64,000 nt of DNA from Gemmatimonadota bacterium. GTDB lineage: Bacteria; JAAXHH01. Where the stretch lies: NCBI GenBank assembly GCA_026706345.1, contig JAPOYX010000184.1:3465-67464 (forward strand), in the 5' to 3' direction. Positions 48,628 through 58,739 of this stretch are shown piece by piece. Numbering within the stretch: the first letter of the stretch is position 1; the number at the start of each line of letters is the position of its first letter. The notes below the pieces were generated by a model, which did not search any database, was not told the DNA's origin, and was given only the letters and a program-made list of their open reading frames with translations. The translations under genes were made by a program, and so were the position numbers.

Positions 48628-50394
48628 ATGGAAAAGCGGGTACTCGGCGCCTTCGGCCTCATCATCCTGACCTGGATCGGATACTACTACATTATATATC
48701 CCATGTACGCGCCTCCGCGTCCGCCCCCCGTCGACCGGACGTTCACGCCGGAACAGGAGAGAGACTTCCCGCCGGTAGATGATCCCGCGGGGACCTACTC
48801 GACAGGCGATGCCGCCGAACCGGCCTACGATGCCCCGGCGGACGAGTTCGAGCCCGCGCCGGCACGGACTCCGGCCGCCCGGACCGAAAGCGGCCCCCGA
48901 AGGGAATTGGCCGCGGACAGCTGGGATCGCTCCGAGCGCGTACTGTTCCTCCCCCCGGTCGAAGGCGCTCCGGAACCACGTGAAATCGTCGTTGAAAACC
49001 AGAACTTCCGTGGTGTGATCAGCACGCTGGGCGGCGTCATAACCAGTTGGAAAATCAAAGGTTATCGGGGTATCGGCGGAGAAGACGTAGAGCTCGTCCC
49101 TCCCGACCGCGAATCCGGTCCCGACATCATTCTCACGACGGAGCGGGGACCCCGCAGCACCCGGGCCCTGCGGTTCGCGGCGGACCGCGACGCGGTCGTG
49201 CTCGGTCCCGGACAGGCCACGGGATCGGTAACACTCACGGCCGATACGCCCGGGGGTCTGACCATCACCAAGGTATTCGCAATCAACCGGGACGACTACG
49301 CCGTAGACCTCCAGGTGAGGATATACGGCGGCGAGAACCTGGCGTTGGGCAGCAAGTATTATCTCCGCTGGGGCGGCGGGATCAACGTGACGGAGAAGGA
49401 CTGGGACCAGGACCTGTACGCCTTCCGGGGATTCGCCTCGCTCAACGACACCGTGATCGATGAAGATCTCGGCGGGGAGCTGGAAGACCCCAGGCCCGAG
49501 ACCACGGGGGAAACCCACTGGGTCGGGGTCCGCAGCAAGTATTTCTTCACCGCCATGGTGCCCGTGGACAGGAAGGCCAGGGGCTACCGGCTGAACGGCC
49601 GGCCCTTCCAGCGGCCCCAGTATGACGACCGCCAGATCGCCGCGGAACTGTCCATGGGACTCGCCTCCCCGCTCACGGACAATTTCCTCCTCTACCTGGG
49701 ACCGGTCCACTACGATACGCTGGAGCAATACGGATACGGCCTCGAGGGCGCTGTCGATCTCGGGTGGACGATCATTCAGCCGATCAGCAGGATCACGCTC
49801 ATTTCGCTGGTCTGGCTGCACCAGTTCATCTCCAATTACGGCATCGTCATCATCGTGCTGTCCATCATTGTGAAGATCCTGCTCTTTCCCCTGACCCACA
49901 AGAGCATGAAGGCCACGCAGGGCATGGCCGCACTCCAGCCGAAAATGGAATCGCTCAAGGAAAAGTACAAGAACGATTCGACCAAACTGAACCAGGAGAT
50001 GATGAAGCTGTACCGGGAAGCGGGGGTAAACCCCCTGGGCGGGTGTCTGCCCCTGCTGCTGCAGATGCCGATACTCATCGCGCTTTATACCATCTTCAGC
50101 AGTACGATAGAACTGCGGGACGCGCCATTCGTCGGATGGATCCAGGACCTGTCCCTCAGGGACCCGTACTACGTGCTGCCCATCCTCATGGCGGCCACGA
50201 TGCTGCTCCAGTCCAAGATGACGATGAAGGATCCCCGGCAGGCCATGTTCGTCTACATCATGCCCGCCGTGCTGTTCTTCATCATGATGAACCTGCCATC
50301 CGGTCTCATATTGTACTGGACCATGATCAACGTGCTGACCATCGCGCAGCAGGCGATACAGAACCGCTTTTTCCCGGTCCAACTCGCAAAGTGA
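48628..50394 (+). CDS. yidC: membrane protein insertase YidC (long, diderm type)
   Basis: 588 aa. N-terminal TM, a large periplasmic domain, and a conserved C-terminal 5-TM core (...NYGIVIIVLSIIVKILLFPLT...GGCLPLLLQMPILIALY). Confidence 0.95.
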   Translation: MEKRVLGAFGLIILTWIGYYYIIYPMYAPPRPPPVDRTFTPEQERDFPPVDDPAGTYSTGDAAEPAYDAPADEFEPAPARTPAARTESGPRRELAADSWDRSERVLFLPPVEGAPEPREIVVENQNFRGVISTLGGVITSWKIKGYRGIGGEDVELVPPDRESGPDIILTTERGPRSTRALRFAADRDAVVLGPGQATGSVTLTADTPGGLTITKVFAINRDDYAVDLQVRIYGGENLALGSKYYLRWGGGINVTEKDWDQDLYAFRGFASLNDTVIDEDLGGELEDPRPETTGETHWVGVRSKYFFTAMVPVDRKARGYRLNGRPFQRPQYDDRQIAAELSMGLASPLTDNFLLYLGPVHYDTLEQYGYGLEGAVDLGWTIIQPISRITLISLVWLHQFISNYGIVIIVLSIIVKILLFPLTHKSMKATQGMAALQPKMESLKEKYKNDSTKLNQEMMKLYREAGVNPLGGCLPLLLQMPILIALYTIFSSTIELRDAPFVGWIQDLSLRDPYYVLPILMAATMLLQSKMTMKDPRQAMFVYIMPAVLFFIMMNLPSGLILYWTMINVLTIAQQAIQNRFFPVQLAK

Positions 50395-50437
50395 CGCAGT
50401 CCCGGGCGCAGCAGGGACCGCGCGCCTCGATAACCCC

Positions 50438-51820
50438 ATGACCTCGCAGGCCCCGAACGATACCATTGCCGCGATCGGCACGCCGCCCGGCGAGGGCGGC
50501 CTGTGCGTGGTGCGCATGAGCGGCCCCGAGTCGTTCGCCATCGCCGACCGCGTTTTCAGCGGCGCCGACCGGCCTTCCGCGTGCCGGACGCATACCATAC
50601 ATCACGGCCACATCGTCGATCCTCGAAGCCGCGAACGGGTCGATGAAGTGCTCATGTCGCTCTTCAAGGCGCCGCGCACCTATACCCGGGAGGACCTGAT
50701 CGAATTCAGCGGCCACGGGGGCATGGTGCCTGGCGCCATGATCCTGGATGTGCTGGTCCGGTCGGGCGCCCGGCCGGCGGAACCCGGCGAGTTCACGAAA
50801 CGTGCGTTTCTCAACGGCAGGATCGACCTCTTGCAGGCCGAGGCGGTGGGAGAATTGATCAGGGCGCGGACCGACGCCTGTGCGCGTGCGGCGCTCAGGC
50901 AGTTGAGCGGAACTTGCTCGCAGCAGATAGACGAATTCAGGGTGAAACTTATTCAAGTCATTGCATATATTGAAGTTACGCTGGATTTTACCGAAGAGGG
51001 CATCCCGGATATGGAGCCCGGGACCTTCCTGGATCAACTGCGCCCCGTCCAGGAAGCGCTGGACCGCCTGATCAAGTCTTCCCACGAGACGCGCGTACTG
51101 AGGGACGGCGTCCGAATCGCGTTGCTCGGAAAGCCCAACGTGGGAAAATCCAGTCTGCTCAACATGCTGACGTCCCTGGACCGGGCCATCGTGCATCCGG
51201 AGTCGGGGACGACGCGGGATACCATTGAGGAGAGCGTCGATATCCGGGGTGTGCCCGTCACTTTCGTGGATACGGCGGGAATCCGGTCGACGTCGGATTG
51301 GGTTGAACGGCAGGGCGTTGCACGGTCGCGGAAGGAATTGGACCAGGCGGACATACCGCTGGTGGTTTTCGACGCCTCCGGACCGCCGGACAACGATGAC
51401 CGGAGTCTTGCGGACCTGTTGTCCCGGCGAGACTGCGTGTTTATATTGAACAAGTGCGACTTGGATACGTACGATCCGGATTCCTACGCCGGAATGACGG
51501 CCGGAGGCCGTTGCGTCAGGACATCGGCAAAAGCGGGCACGGGCCTGGACGACCTGGTGGAAGCGATGCTTGATATCGTACAATACGATCCCGCCCGATT
51601 CGAGTCGGGCCTCGTAGTGAATGCTCGCCAGGGGGATCTGCTGAACCAGGCTAAGGCGAGCCTGGATCGAGGTATCGGAGTCCTGGAAGAAGGGCTCGGC
51701 GCCGAGATGGCCGCCATCGATCTACGGGAATGCGTCCGTCACCTCGGCGTTCTTGTGGGAAAAGAAATCGGTGATGCGGTACTGGACCATGTCTTCTCCA
51801 GGTTCTGTATAGGCAAATGA
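50438..51820 (+). CDS. mnmE: tRNA modification GTPase MnmE
   Basis: 460 aa. G1 GKPNVGKSSLLN; DTAGIR. The C-terminus ends in FCIGK. Confidence 0.95.
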   Translation: MTSQAPNDTIAAIGTPPGEGGLCVVRMSGPESFAIADRVFSGADRPSACRTHTIHHGHIVDPRSRERVDEVLMSLFKAPRTYTREDLIEFSGHGGMVPGAMILDVLVRSGARPAEPGEFTKRAFLNGRIDLLQAEAVGELIRARTDACARAALRQLSGTCSQQIDEFRVKLIQVIAYIEVTLDFTEEGIPDMEPGTFLDQLRPVQEALDRLIKSSHETRVLRDGVRIALLGKPNVGKSSLLNMLTSLDRAIVHPESGTTRDTIEESVDIRGVPVTFVDTAGIRSTSDWVERQGVARSRKELDQADIPLVVFDASGPPDNDDRSLADLLSRRDCVFILNKCDLDTYDPDSYAGMTAGGRCVRTSAKAGTGLDDLVEAMLDIVQYDPARFESGLVVNARQGDLLNQAKASLDRGIGVLEEGLGAEMAAIDLRECVRHLGVLVGKEIGDAVLDHVFSRFCIGK

Positions 51821-51847
51821 TGTTCCACGTGGAACAAGGACCATGCG

Positions 51848-53770
51848 GTGACCGGAACTGAACTGACGAAACCGGTGGAAGTCCTCGTGGTCGGCGGTGG
51901 CCACGCGGGATGCGAAGCCGCCCTGGCATCGGCGAGAATGGGGGTGACAACGGCGCTCGTTACCCTTGATGCGTCGAAAATCGGGCAGATGTCCTGCAAC
52001 CCGTCCATCGGCGGCCTGGGAAAGGGCCAACTGGTGCGGGAGGTCGACGCGCTGGGCGGCGAAATGGGCAAGGCCGCGGATGCGACGGCCTTGCAGGTCA
52101 AGATGCTGAACACGCGCAAGGGTCCGGCCGTGCAGTCCTTGAGATCCCAGAATGACCGGGCGGCCTACCGGGAGTACATGCAGCGGGTCATCGGGGAGGC
52201 CGAAAACCTGAGAGTGGTGGAAGGAGAGGTGACGCACCTGGACATCGACGACCGTCGCGTGACGGCAGTCCGGACGAGCGACGGCAGGTCCATTTCATGC
52301 AGGGCCGTGGTCGTGGCTTCCGGAACTTTTCTGAACGGTGTCATGCATCGTGGAACGAGCAACGCGCCTGGAGGACGCCTGGGAGAAAAGGCGGCAACGG
52401 AGCTGTCGGACTCCCTGCGGGCCCTCGGTTTCAATATCGGCCGACTGAAGACCGGCACGCCACCTAGAATAGATGGCAACTCTATAGATTACAGTGATTT
52501 AGAAGTTATTCCCGGAGATGAGTTTCCCGAGCATTTCTCCCATGAGAGATTGTCGCCGGCCGATGAACAGCTCCCATGTTACCTGACATTCACAAGTGCC
52601 CTGACGCACGATATCATCCGGTCCGCGCTGGACCAGTCGCCGATGTACTCGGGCCGTATCACGGGACGCGGTCCCAGGTACTGTCCGTCCGTAGAAGACA
52701 AGATCGTTCGATTCCCCGACAGGAACAGCCACCAGATCATCCTGGAGCCCGAAGGATGGAATACCGACGAGGTGTATGTAAACGGATTCTCGACCAGCCT
52801 GCCGGAACCCGTGCAGGACAGGGCGCTGCGTACGATCAAGGGCCTCGAGAACGCCGTCATTCTCCAATTCGGATACGCCGTGGAATACGATTTCATCCCC
52901 CCGGAGAATCTGACCCGGAGCCTTGAGACCCGGCAGGTCGGCGGGCTGTTCCTCGCGGGACAGATCAACGGCACGACGGGTTATGAGGAGGCGGCTGCGC
53001 AGGGCATTCTGGCCGGCATCAATGCCGCGCTGTCAGTAAGGAATCGGCCGGCGTTCACGCTCGACCGGGGTGAGGCCTATATCGGGGTGATGATAGACGA
53101 TCTCATCACGAAGGGCGCGGATGAACCCTACCGGATGTTCACGTCACGGGCTGAATACCGGCTGCTGCTGAGGCACGATAACGCGGATATGCGCCTGTCG
53201 GACCGCGCTTTCGAAAACGGTGTGATTTCCAGGGAACGGCACGACGCCACGGTCGCAAGGCGGCGGCTGGTGGAAGAAGAAATGAATCGGCTAAAGGGGA
53301 TGTACGTGGCGCCCGGACAGGTGAATCCATTGCTCAAAACCAGGTCTTCCGCACCAGTTTCGGAACCGGTGTCTCTGCATAAGTTACTGTCCCGTCCGGA
53401 GATACAGTATTCCGACATATCCACCGTCGATCCGGAACCGATGGCCCATGAGCCCTCTGTCATCGGTCAGATCCAGACTGCCGTAAAGTACGCGGGATAC
53501 CTCGAACGCCAGCAGAGGGAAATCGACCGAATGCGGTCGTGGGAAACACGTGTTATCCCCCTGGGCTTTAATTACACTTCCATTGCCGCGCTGTCCCATG
53601 AAGCCCGCGAGAAGCTGACCGCCATCAGGCCGGAAACCATGGGGCAGGCATCCCGGATCCCCGGCGTAACGCCGGCGGACCTGTCCATCCTCGCAGTGCA
53701 CCTCGAACGAATCAATGCAACTGACCGCAGTGAAAACCAGGTGTTCCACGTGGAACATCCCGAAGCATAA
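51848..53770 (+). CDS. mnmG: tRNA uridine 5-carboxymethylaminomethyl modification enzyme MnmG (GidA)
   Basis: 640 aa; GTG start. FAD fold [25 protein letters not shown]. Confidence 0.96.
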   Translation: MTGTELTKPVEVLVVGGGHAGCEAALASARMGVTTALVTLDASKIGQMSCNPSIGGLGKGQLVREVDALGGEMGKAADATALQVKMLNTRKGPAVQSLRSQNDRAAYREYMQRVIGEAENLRVVEGEVTHLDIDDRRVTAVRTSDGRSISCRAVVVASGTFLNGVMHRGTSNAPGGRLGEKAATELSDSLRALGFNIGRLKTGTPPRIDGNSIDYSDLEVIPGDEFPEHFSHERLSPADEQLPCYLTFTSALTHDIIRSALDQSPMYSGRITGRGPRYCPSVEDKIVRFPDRNSHQIILEPEGWNTDEVYVNGFSTSLPEPVQDRALRTIKGLENAVILQFGYAVEYDFIPPENLTRSLETRQVGGLFLAGQINGTTGYEEAAAQGILAGINAALSVRNRPAFTLDRGEAYIGVMIDDLITKGADEPYRMFTSRAEYRLLLRHDNADMRLSDRAFENGVISRERHDATVARRRLVEEEMNRLKGMYVAPGQVNPLLKTRSSAPVSEPVSLHKLLSRPEIQYSDISTVDPEPMAHEPSVIGQIQTAVKYAGYLERQQREIDRMRSWETRVIPLGFNYTSIAALSHEAREKLTAIRPETMGQASRIPGVTPADLSILAVHLERINATDRSENQVFHVEHPEA

Positions 53771-54496
53771 ATGGATTCATTTGCGCAGTTCCTGCAGGAT
53801 GTCGGGGACACCGGCCATCAGCTGGATGCCCATAAAATCGGGGCATTTGGCCGATACCGAGACGAGATCCGGCGCGTAAACACGGTGTTCGGGCTCATAT
53901 CCAGAAACGACATGGACCGCATTCCATCGCGGCACTTTCTGGATTCGCTGATGCCCGTCCTGAAAGGCATCCTTCCAACTGACGGGACGATTCTGGACAT
54001 TGGAAGCGGGGGTGGTTTTCCCGGCATTCCTCTGGCCATATTACTGCCCGATACAGACTTCGTGTTGGTTGAATCAAACCGCAGGAAAAGCACATTTCTT
54101 CGTAAGATGAGGCGCGTTCTTGTGCTGAACAATGTAACGGTGGAGCATACCCGCGCTGAATCGCTGCTTGAACCGGAGAAGCTGTACGATGGCGCCGTGG
54201 CCAGGGCGGTGGCTTCAATCGGTCAGTTGGTCACCTGGTGCGGACCTGTTTTGAAGCCGGAGGGGAAATTAATCTGTTACAAGGGTCCGATGCCCGAAGA
54301 AGAAACCAAGTCGGCCAGAGCAGCCATGGCAGCACAGGGGATGGTCGTGGACGGCATACACCGGTACGATGCAGATGCCCCAAGATCACCTACACTGGTC
54401 GTGCTGAGAAAACACTCACTATCAGGATCGGGTCCGGCGGGTTGTGCGCCACATGAAGAGAAACAAGCGTCAAATCGACCAGAAAACCACCGATGA
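53771..54496 (+). CDS. rsmG: 16S rRNA (guanine527-N7)-methyltransferase RsmG (GidB)
   Basis: 241 aa. The ATG abuts the mnmG stop. SAM motif ILDIGSGGGFPGIPLAI...VESNRRKSTFL. Has a short non-conserved C-terminal tail. Confidence 0.9.
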   Translation: MDSFAQFLQDVGDTGHQLDAHKIGAFGRYRDEIRRVNTVFGLISRNDMDRIPSRHFLDSLMPVLKGILPTDGTILDIGSGGGFPGIPLAILLPDTDFVLVESNRRKSTFLRKMRRVLVLNNVTVEHTRAESLLEPEKLYDGAVARAVASIGQLVTWCGPVLKPEGKLICYKGPMPEEETKSARAAMAAQGMVVDGIHRYDADAPRSPTLVVLRKHSLSGSGPAGCAPHEEKQASNRPENHR

Positions 54497-54603
54497 ATCA
54501 GCCTACCCTCTCTCCGTTCGTCCCGTATAGCCGCAAGGCATGTTTACATAAAAATATACAGTTTTCCAGCGCAACACGTAAAACCGTATAAGGTATTGAT
54601 ATA

Positions 54604-55845
54604 TCAGTAGTTACGGAAAGTAGACAACCCGCTGTATCCACCGAGCAACATCACTTCGATTTCCTGCCCCGCCTTCATGAATTCCTGGTCTTCATGACTG
54701 ACAGCCAGGCCGTCGGCAATGGACATGGATCTCAGTATGCCGGAGCCCTGCGCTCCGGTACGCGAGGCGAAGAAAGTATCGCCGCGCCGATCGAGGGTCA
54801 CGCGAATGAACTGTTTTCGTCCAAGGGACTTCGTGATGTCCTCCGACAGCACGGCCTTGATCGTGGGGCGGTAGAGGTGAGTGTATCCCTGCATCTTGAG
54901 CAGAGCGGGCCGCATGAAGAGCTCGAAGGTCACCATGGAGGCCACCGGGTTTCCGGGCAGGCCGAATACGATGGTGTCGTCGATGGCGCCGAAAGCAAGG
55001 GGCCGCCCCGGTGTCATGGAAACCTTCCAGAAAGCCATGGACGTACCGACGGCTTCCAGGGCGGCCTTGACGTAGTCGTACTCTCCCACCGAAACGCCGC
55101 CTGATGTGATGATCGCGTCTGCCACGAGCCCGTCGCGCAGGGCCTGCTCGAGCGCTTCCTGCGTATCGGGACAGATGCCCAGCCGCAGGGGTATGCCGCC
55201 GACATCCGCCACCAGGGCCGTAAGGGCGTATCCGTTGCTGTCCACGATTTTGCCGTCTTCGAGGGGCTCGTCCACGTCCACTATTTCGTCGCCGGTGGAC
55301 AGTATGGCGACCCGCGGCCGGCGGTATACGGATACGTGGGAGCGATTGGTCGAGGCCAGCAGACCGACCTCCGCCGGCCGGATCAGTGTGCCGGCCGGTA
55401 TAATGAGATCGCCGTCGCGGATGTCTTCCCCGACCCTGCGGAGATCGGTTCCGGGTTCCACGGGCTTGAGTATGCGAACGCGGCGCTCATCCACCCGCAG
55501 CGTGCGCTCGGCGCGGACGATGGTATCCGCGCCTTCGGGCACGGGCGCGCCCGTCATGATGTGTATCGCCTGTCCTGGGCCGACGGAGCGTTTCGCCACG
55601 TATCCGGCGGGCAGGTCTTCGACGATCTCCAGTTCCGCCGGGGAATCCGGTGACGAAGGTACCGTGTCCGCAGCCCGCACCGCATAGCCGTCCATGGCTG
55701 AATTGTCCCAGGGCGGCTGGTTCCTTGTGGCGTGGACGGCTTCCGCCAGCACTCGGCCCCGGGCCGACACGATGTCGACCCTTTCCACACCGACCGTCCG
55801 GATCCGGTTCAGTATGGCGTCACGGGCTTCGATTACGGAGATCAT
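54604..55845 (-). CDS. moeA: molybdopterin molybdotransferase MoeA (copy 1)
   Basis: 413 aa. PPWDNSAMDGYAVRA; GGVSVGEYDYVK; GLPGNPVAS. Confidence 0.9.
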   Translation of the reverse strand: MISVIEARDAILNRIRTVGVERVDIVSARGRVLAEAVHATRNQPPWDNSAMDGYAVRAADTVPSSPDSPAELEIVEDLPAGYVAKRSVGPGQAIHIMTGAPVPEGADTIVRAERTLRVDERRVRILKPVEPGTDLRRVGEDIRDGDLIIPAGTLIRPAEVGLLASTNRSHVSVYRRPRVAILSTGDEIVDVDEPLEDGKIVDSNGYALTALVADVGGIPLRLGICPDTQEALEQALRDGLVADAIITSGGVSVGEYDYVKAALEAVGTSMAFWKVSMTPGRPLAFGAIDDTIVFGLPGNPVASMVTFELFMRPALLKMQGYTHLYRPTIKAVLSEDITKSLGRKQFIRVTLDRRGDTFFASRTGAQGSGILRSMSIADGLAVSHEDQEFMKAGQEIEVMLLGGYSGLSTFRNY

Positions 55846-55855
55846 GGCGGTCTCC

Positions 55856-57103
55856 TTACGGCACGGCCTGGCCGACGGCGCCCATCAGCAGCACCGAAAC
55901 CTCGGTTCCACACGCGACGGACGTTACCCCTGTTTCCACGATGACGAGCCCGTTCGTTCCGGTCATGGAGCTGAGCATGCCCGATCCCTGGCCCGCGACG
56001 GTCGAGACGTGAAACCGGCCGCCGGTACGGGTGATCCTGGCGCGGAGATAGTGCCGCCGGTCGCCCCCGGCCGTGAGATCGTTCTCGAGTAGCGCCGGGA
56101 CCGCGGGCAAATGCCAGTCCTGCGGACCATAGCCCATCATCTTGCGCATGGCGGGCCGCGCGAAGAGGAGGAAAGAAACCATGCATGACACGGGATTGCC
56201 GGGCAGGCCGAAGAAGGGCTTCCCCTGCAGGAGCCCGTAGGCGAGGGGCTTGCCCGGCTTCATCTTCACCCGCCAGAATCGCATGTCCGCGCCGAGGTCT
56301 TCCAGCACTTTTTTCACGTAGTCGTAGTCGCCTACGGAAACGCCCCCGGTGGAAAGGACTACATCCGCGCTCAACGCCGACCGTATGGCCTTTGCGATCT
56401 CTGACTCGCTGTCCCTGGCGAGACCCAGGTTGACCGGCCGGCAGTTGCATTCCCGCACGAGTGCCGCCAGGGAATAGCTGTTGCTGTTGACGATCTTGCC
56501 CGGAACGAGCCTTTCGTCGATCTCGACCACCTCGTCGCCCGTGGAAAGGATGGCCACGGCGGGGCGCCGCCTAACCGCGACTTGGGATCTTTGAAAGGCC
56601 GCCAGGAGGCCGATCTCGCCGGGACCGATTTCAGCGCCGCCGAACAGCACGCGGCGGCCCTGCCTTACGTCCTCGCCCCGATAGCGTACGTTCTGGCCCG
56701 GTTCGACCGCCTTGAGGACCTCTACCGCTTCTTTCAGTTGCCTGGTGTTCTCCACCATGACGACGGCGTCCGCGCCTTCAGGGAGGAAGGCGCCGGTCAT
56801 GATGCGCGAAGCTTTGCCGGGCCCCACCTTCCTGGAAGGGACGGTCCCCGCCGGAATGTCTTCGAGGACCCCGAGGCGGCAGGGGGCGTCCGCGGATGCC
56901 CCTGCGGTGTCCGCGGCCCTTACGGCATAGCCGTCGACGGATGAATTGTCATGGGGCGGCACGTCGTATTTCGGCGCCACGTCCTCGGCGAGCACGCGGC
57001 CCTGGCTTTCGGACAGCGGTACGCGCTCGATCCCCGAGACGGAGACCGAATCCAGCACGATCTCCTGGGCCTCCTCCACCGTGAGCATACGGTCCGCGTT
57101 CAT
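55856..57103 (-). CDS. moeA: molybdopterin molybdotransferase MoeA (copy 2)
   Basis: ORF 55856..57460 trimmed to ATG 57103 (MNADRMLTVEEAQEIV...). PPHDNSSVDGYAVRA; GGVSVGDYDYVK; GLPGNPVSC. Confidence 0.88.
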   Translation of the reverse strand: MNADRMLTVEEAQEIVLDSVSVSGIERVPLSESQGRVLAEDVAPKYDVPPHDNSSVDGYAVRAADTAGASADAPCRLGVLEDIPAGTVPSRKVGPGKASRIMTGAFLPEGADAVVMVENTRQLKEAVEVLKAVEPGQNVRYRGEDVRQGRRVLFGGAEIGPGEIGLLAAFQRSQVAVRRRPAVAILSTGDEVVEIDERLVPGKIVNSNSYSLAALVRECNCRPVNLGLARDSESEIAKAIRSALSADVVLSTGGVSVGDYDYVKKVLEDLGADMRFWRVKMKPGKPLAYGLLQGKPFFGLPGNPVSCMVSFLLFARPAMRKMMGYGPQDWHLPAVPALLENDLTAGGDRRHYLRARITRTGGRFHVSTVAGQGSGMLSSMTGTNGLVIVETGVTSVACGTEVSVLLMGAVGQAVP

Positions 57104-57132
57104 GCGTCCATCCCGGAAGTCCGTGGTCCAGC

Positions 57133-58701
57133 TTACCTGCCGGCGGCTTTCGCCATGAATGCCTCTATGGCATCGATCGACTTGGGCGTGGCTTCCGACA
57201 GCACCCGGTGTCCGTCTTCGGTCACCAGCACATCGTCTTCTATACGCACCCCGATGTTCCTGTACCGCTCGAAGGCGGGCCGTATCTTCTCGATCAGCGC
57301 CTGGTTCCGCGGGGTGTCGTCCAGGTTTTCCAGCGTGTCCTCCCGGATGTAGATGCCTGGTTCCACCGTGATCACCATGCCCGGCCTGAAGGGCATGTCC
57401 CTCCCTCCGACGTCGTGGACGTCCAGCCCGAGCCAGTGGCTCGTGCCGTGCATGTACCACATGCGGTACTGGTTTCCCGATGCGTTCGTAATCAGGCCCA
57501 GCCTCAGGAGTCCGTCCACGATCGCCTTCCGCGCTACCTCATGCACCCCGCGTATGGTCATGCCGGGCCGGACGGCGGCGATGGCCCGGGCCTGGACATC
57601 GAGGACGATCTCGTACACTTCCCGCTGGGCTTCCGTGAAGACCCCGCCGGTTGGGAACGTCCGGGTGACGTCGGCCGTGTAGTTTCCCACGGCCGCGCCG
57701 ATATCGGCCAGGACGAGTTCGCCTTCTGCTATCTCCCGGTTGTTTTCCTCGTAGTGCAGCGTGGTGGCGTTGGGCCCCGAGGCTACGATGGACGGAAACC
57801 CCCAGTGCGCGCCGTGGCCGCGATAGGTAGACAGAATGATGCCGTCGAGTTCGGATTCGTTGAGCGGATCCGAAGTGTCGGCTGCCCTGCTCATGATGGC
57901 GCGCTGTGCCAGGCCGGTAATGTCGATGGCGCGTTGCAGCCGTCTCAGTTCCCAGGGCGATTTGACGACGCGCAGGTCCCGGAACAGGCGGGAAGCCAAC
58001 CGTACCTGGACGGCGGGAAAACGGGCGGCCTGTGAGGCGAATTGGAGGGCACGGGGATACCGGGTCCCGAACCTGGACGCGGTGTCGGCCAGGAGCCAGA
58101 CCGGCACGGGGGTTCCGCGCGCGATGGATTCGCCGATGGACCGGTAGTCCCCTTCGTCATCGGAAGGACGTCTTTCATAGGCGGACCCGCCGAGGACGGC
58201 CTCCACAAAGGCGTCGAATTCATCATTCGGCCATACATGCTCGATCCCGGTCATCCGCCGGGCTTCTTCCACACCGATCATGTGGCCGGTCCAGATCTCG
58301 CGGGCCGGATCGCGCCTTGGGAGAAAGAGGATCTCCTGCTGGCTCCGATTGCCGGGCAGCAGCACGAGCGTGGCGCCGGGCTGGCTGATGCCGGTCAGGT
58401 AGAAGAGGTTGCTTTCCTGGCGGTAGGGATAGTTCACGTCGTTGCTGAAGACCTTGGGCTCCGCCCCGAACAGGATCATGATTCCGCTTCCCATGCCTTC
58501 GAGGATCTGTGCCCGCCTTTCCGCCAGTTCCTCGACCGGCGCCGGCCCGGCGTCTTGCGCGATTGCCGTTGTCTCCGGCTGGGCGGCGGCCGGGAAAGCC
58601 GAGGTTACTCCATGGAGGGCCATGATCCACAGCGCGACGGAAAGGACCACGCCTGGCGCGGTGCCGGCCGGAAAGGAAACAGGTGTACTTCGTGGCTTCA
58701 T
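57133..58701 (-). CDS. pepP: Xaa-Pro aminopeptidase (M24B), secreted
   Basis: ORF 57133..58743 begins at a TTG; ATG 58701 (MKPRSTPVSF...) has GAGGA upstream. Signal-like VVLSVALWIMALHGVTSAFPAAAQ. YPYRQESNLFYLTG. Metal site HGTSHWLGLDVHD. Confidence 0.9.
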   Translation of the reverse strand: MKPRSTPVSFPAGTAPGVVLSVALWIMALHGVTSAFPAAAQPETTAIAQDAGPAPVEELAERRAQILEGMGSGIMILFGAEPKVFSNDVNYPYRQESNLFYLTGISQPGATLVLLPGNRSQQEILFLPRRDPAREIWTGHMIGVEEARRMTGIEHVWPNDEFDAFVEAVLGGSAYERRPSDDEGDYRSIGESIARGTPVPVWLLADTASRFGTRYPRALQFASQAARFPAVQVRLASRLFRDLRVVKSPWELRRLQRAIDITGLAQRAIMSRAADTSDPLNESELDGIILSTYRGHGAHWGFPSIVASGPNATTLHYEENNREIAEGELVLADIGAAVGNYTADVTRTFPTGGVFTEAQREVYEIVLDVQARAIAAVRPGMTIRGVHEVARKAIVDGLLRLGLITNASGNQYRMWYMHGTSHWLGLDVHDVGGRDMPFRPGMVITVEPGIYIREDTLENLDDTPRNQALIEKIRPAFERYRNIGVRIEDDVLVTEDGHRVLSEATPKSIDAIEAFMAKAAGR

Positions 58702-58739
58702 AGGTCGTCGTCCTCGTCGTCCGTGGGATCGTCCGTGTT

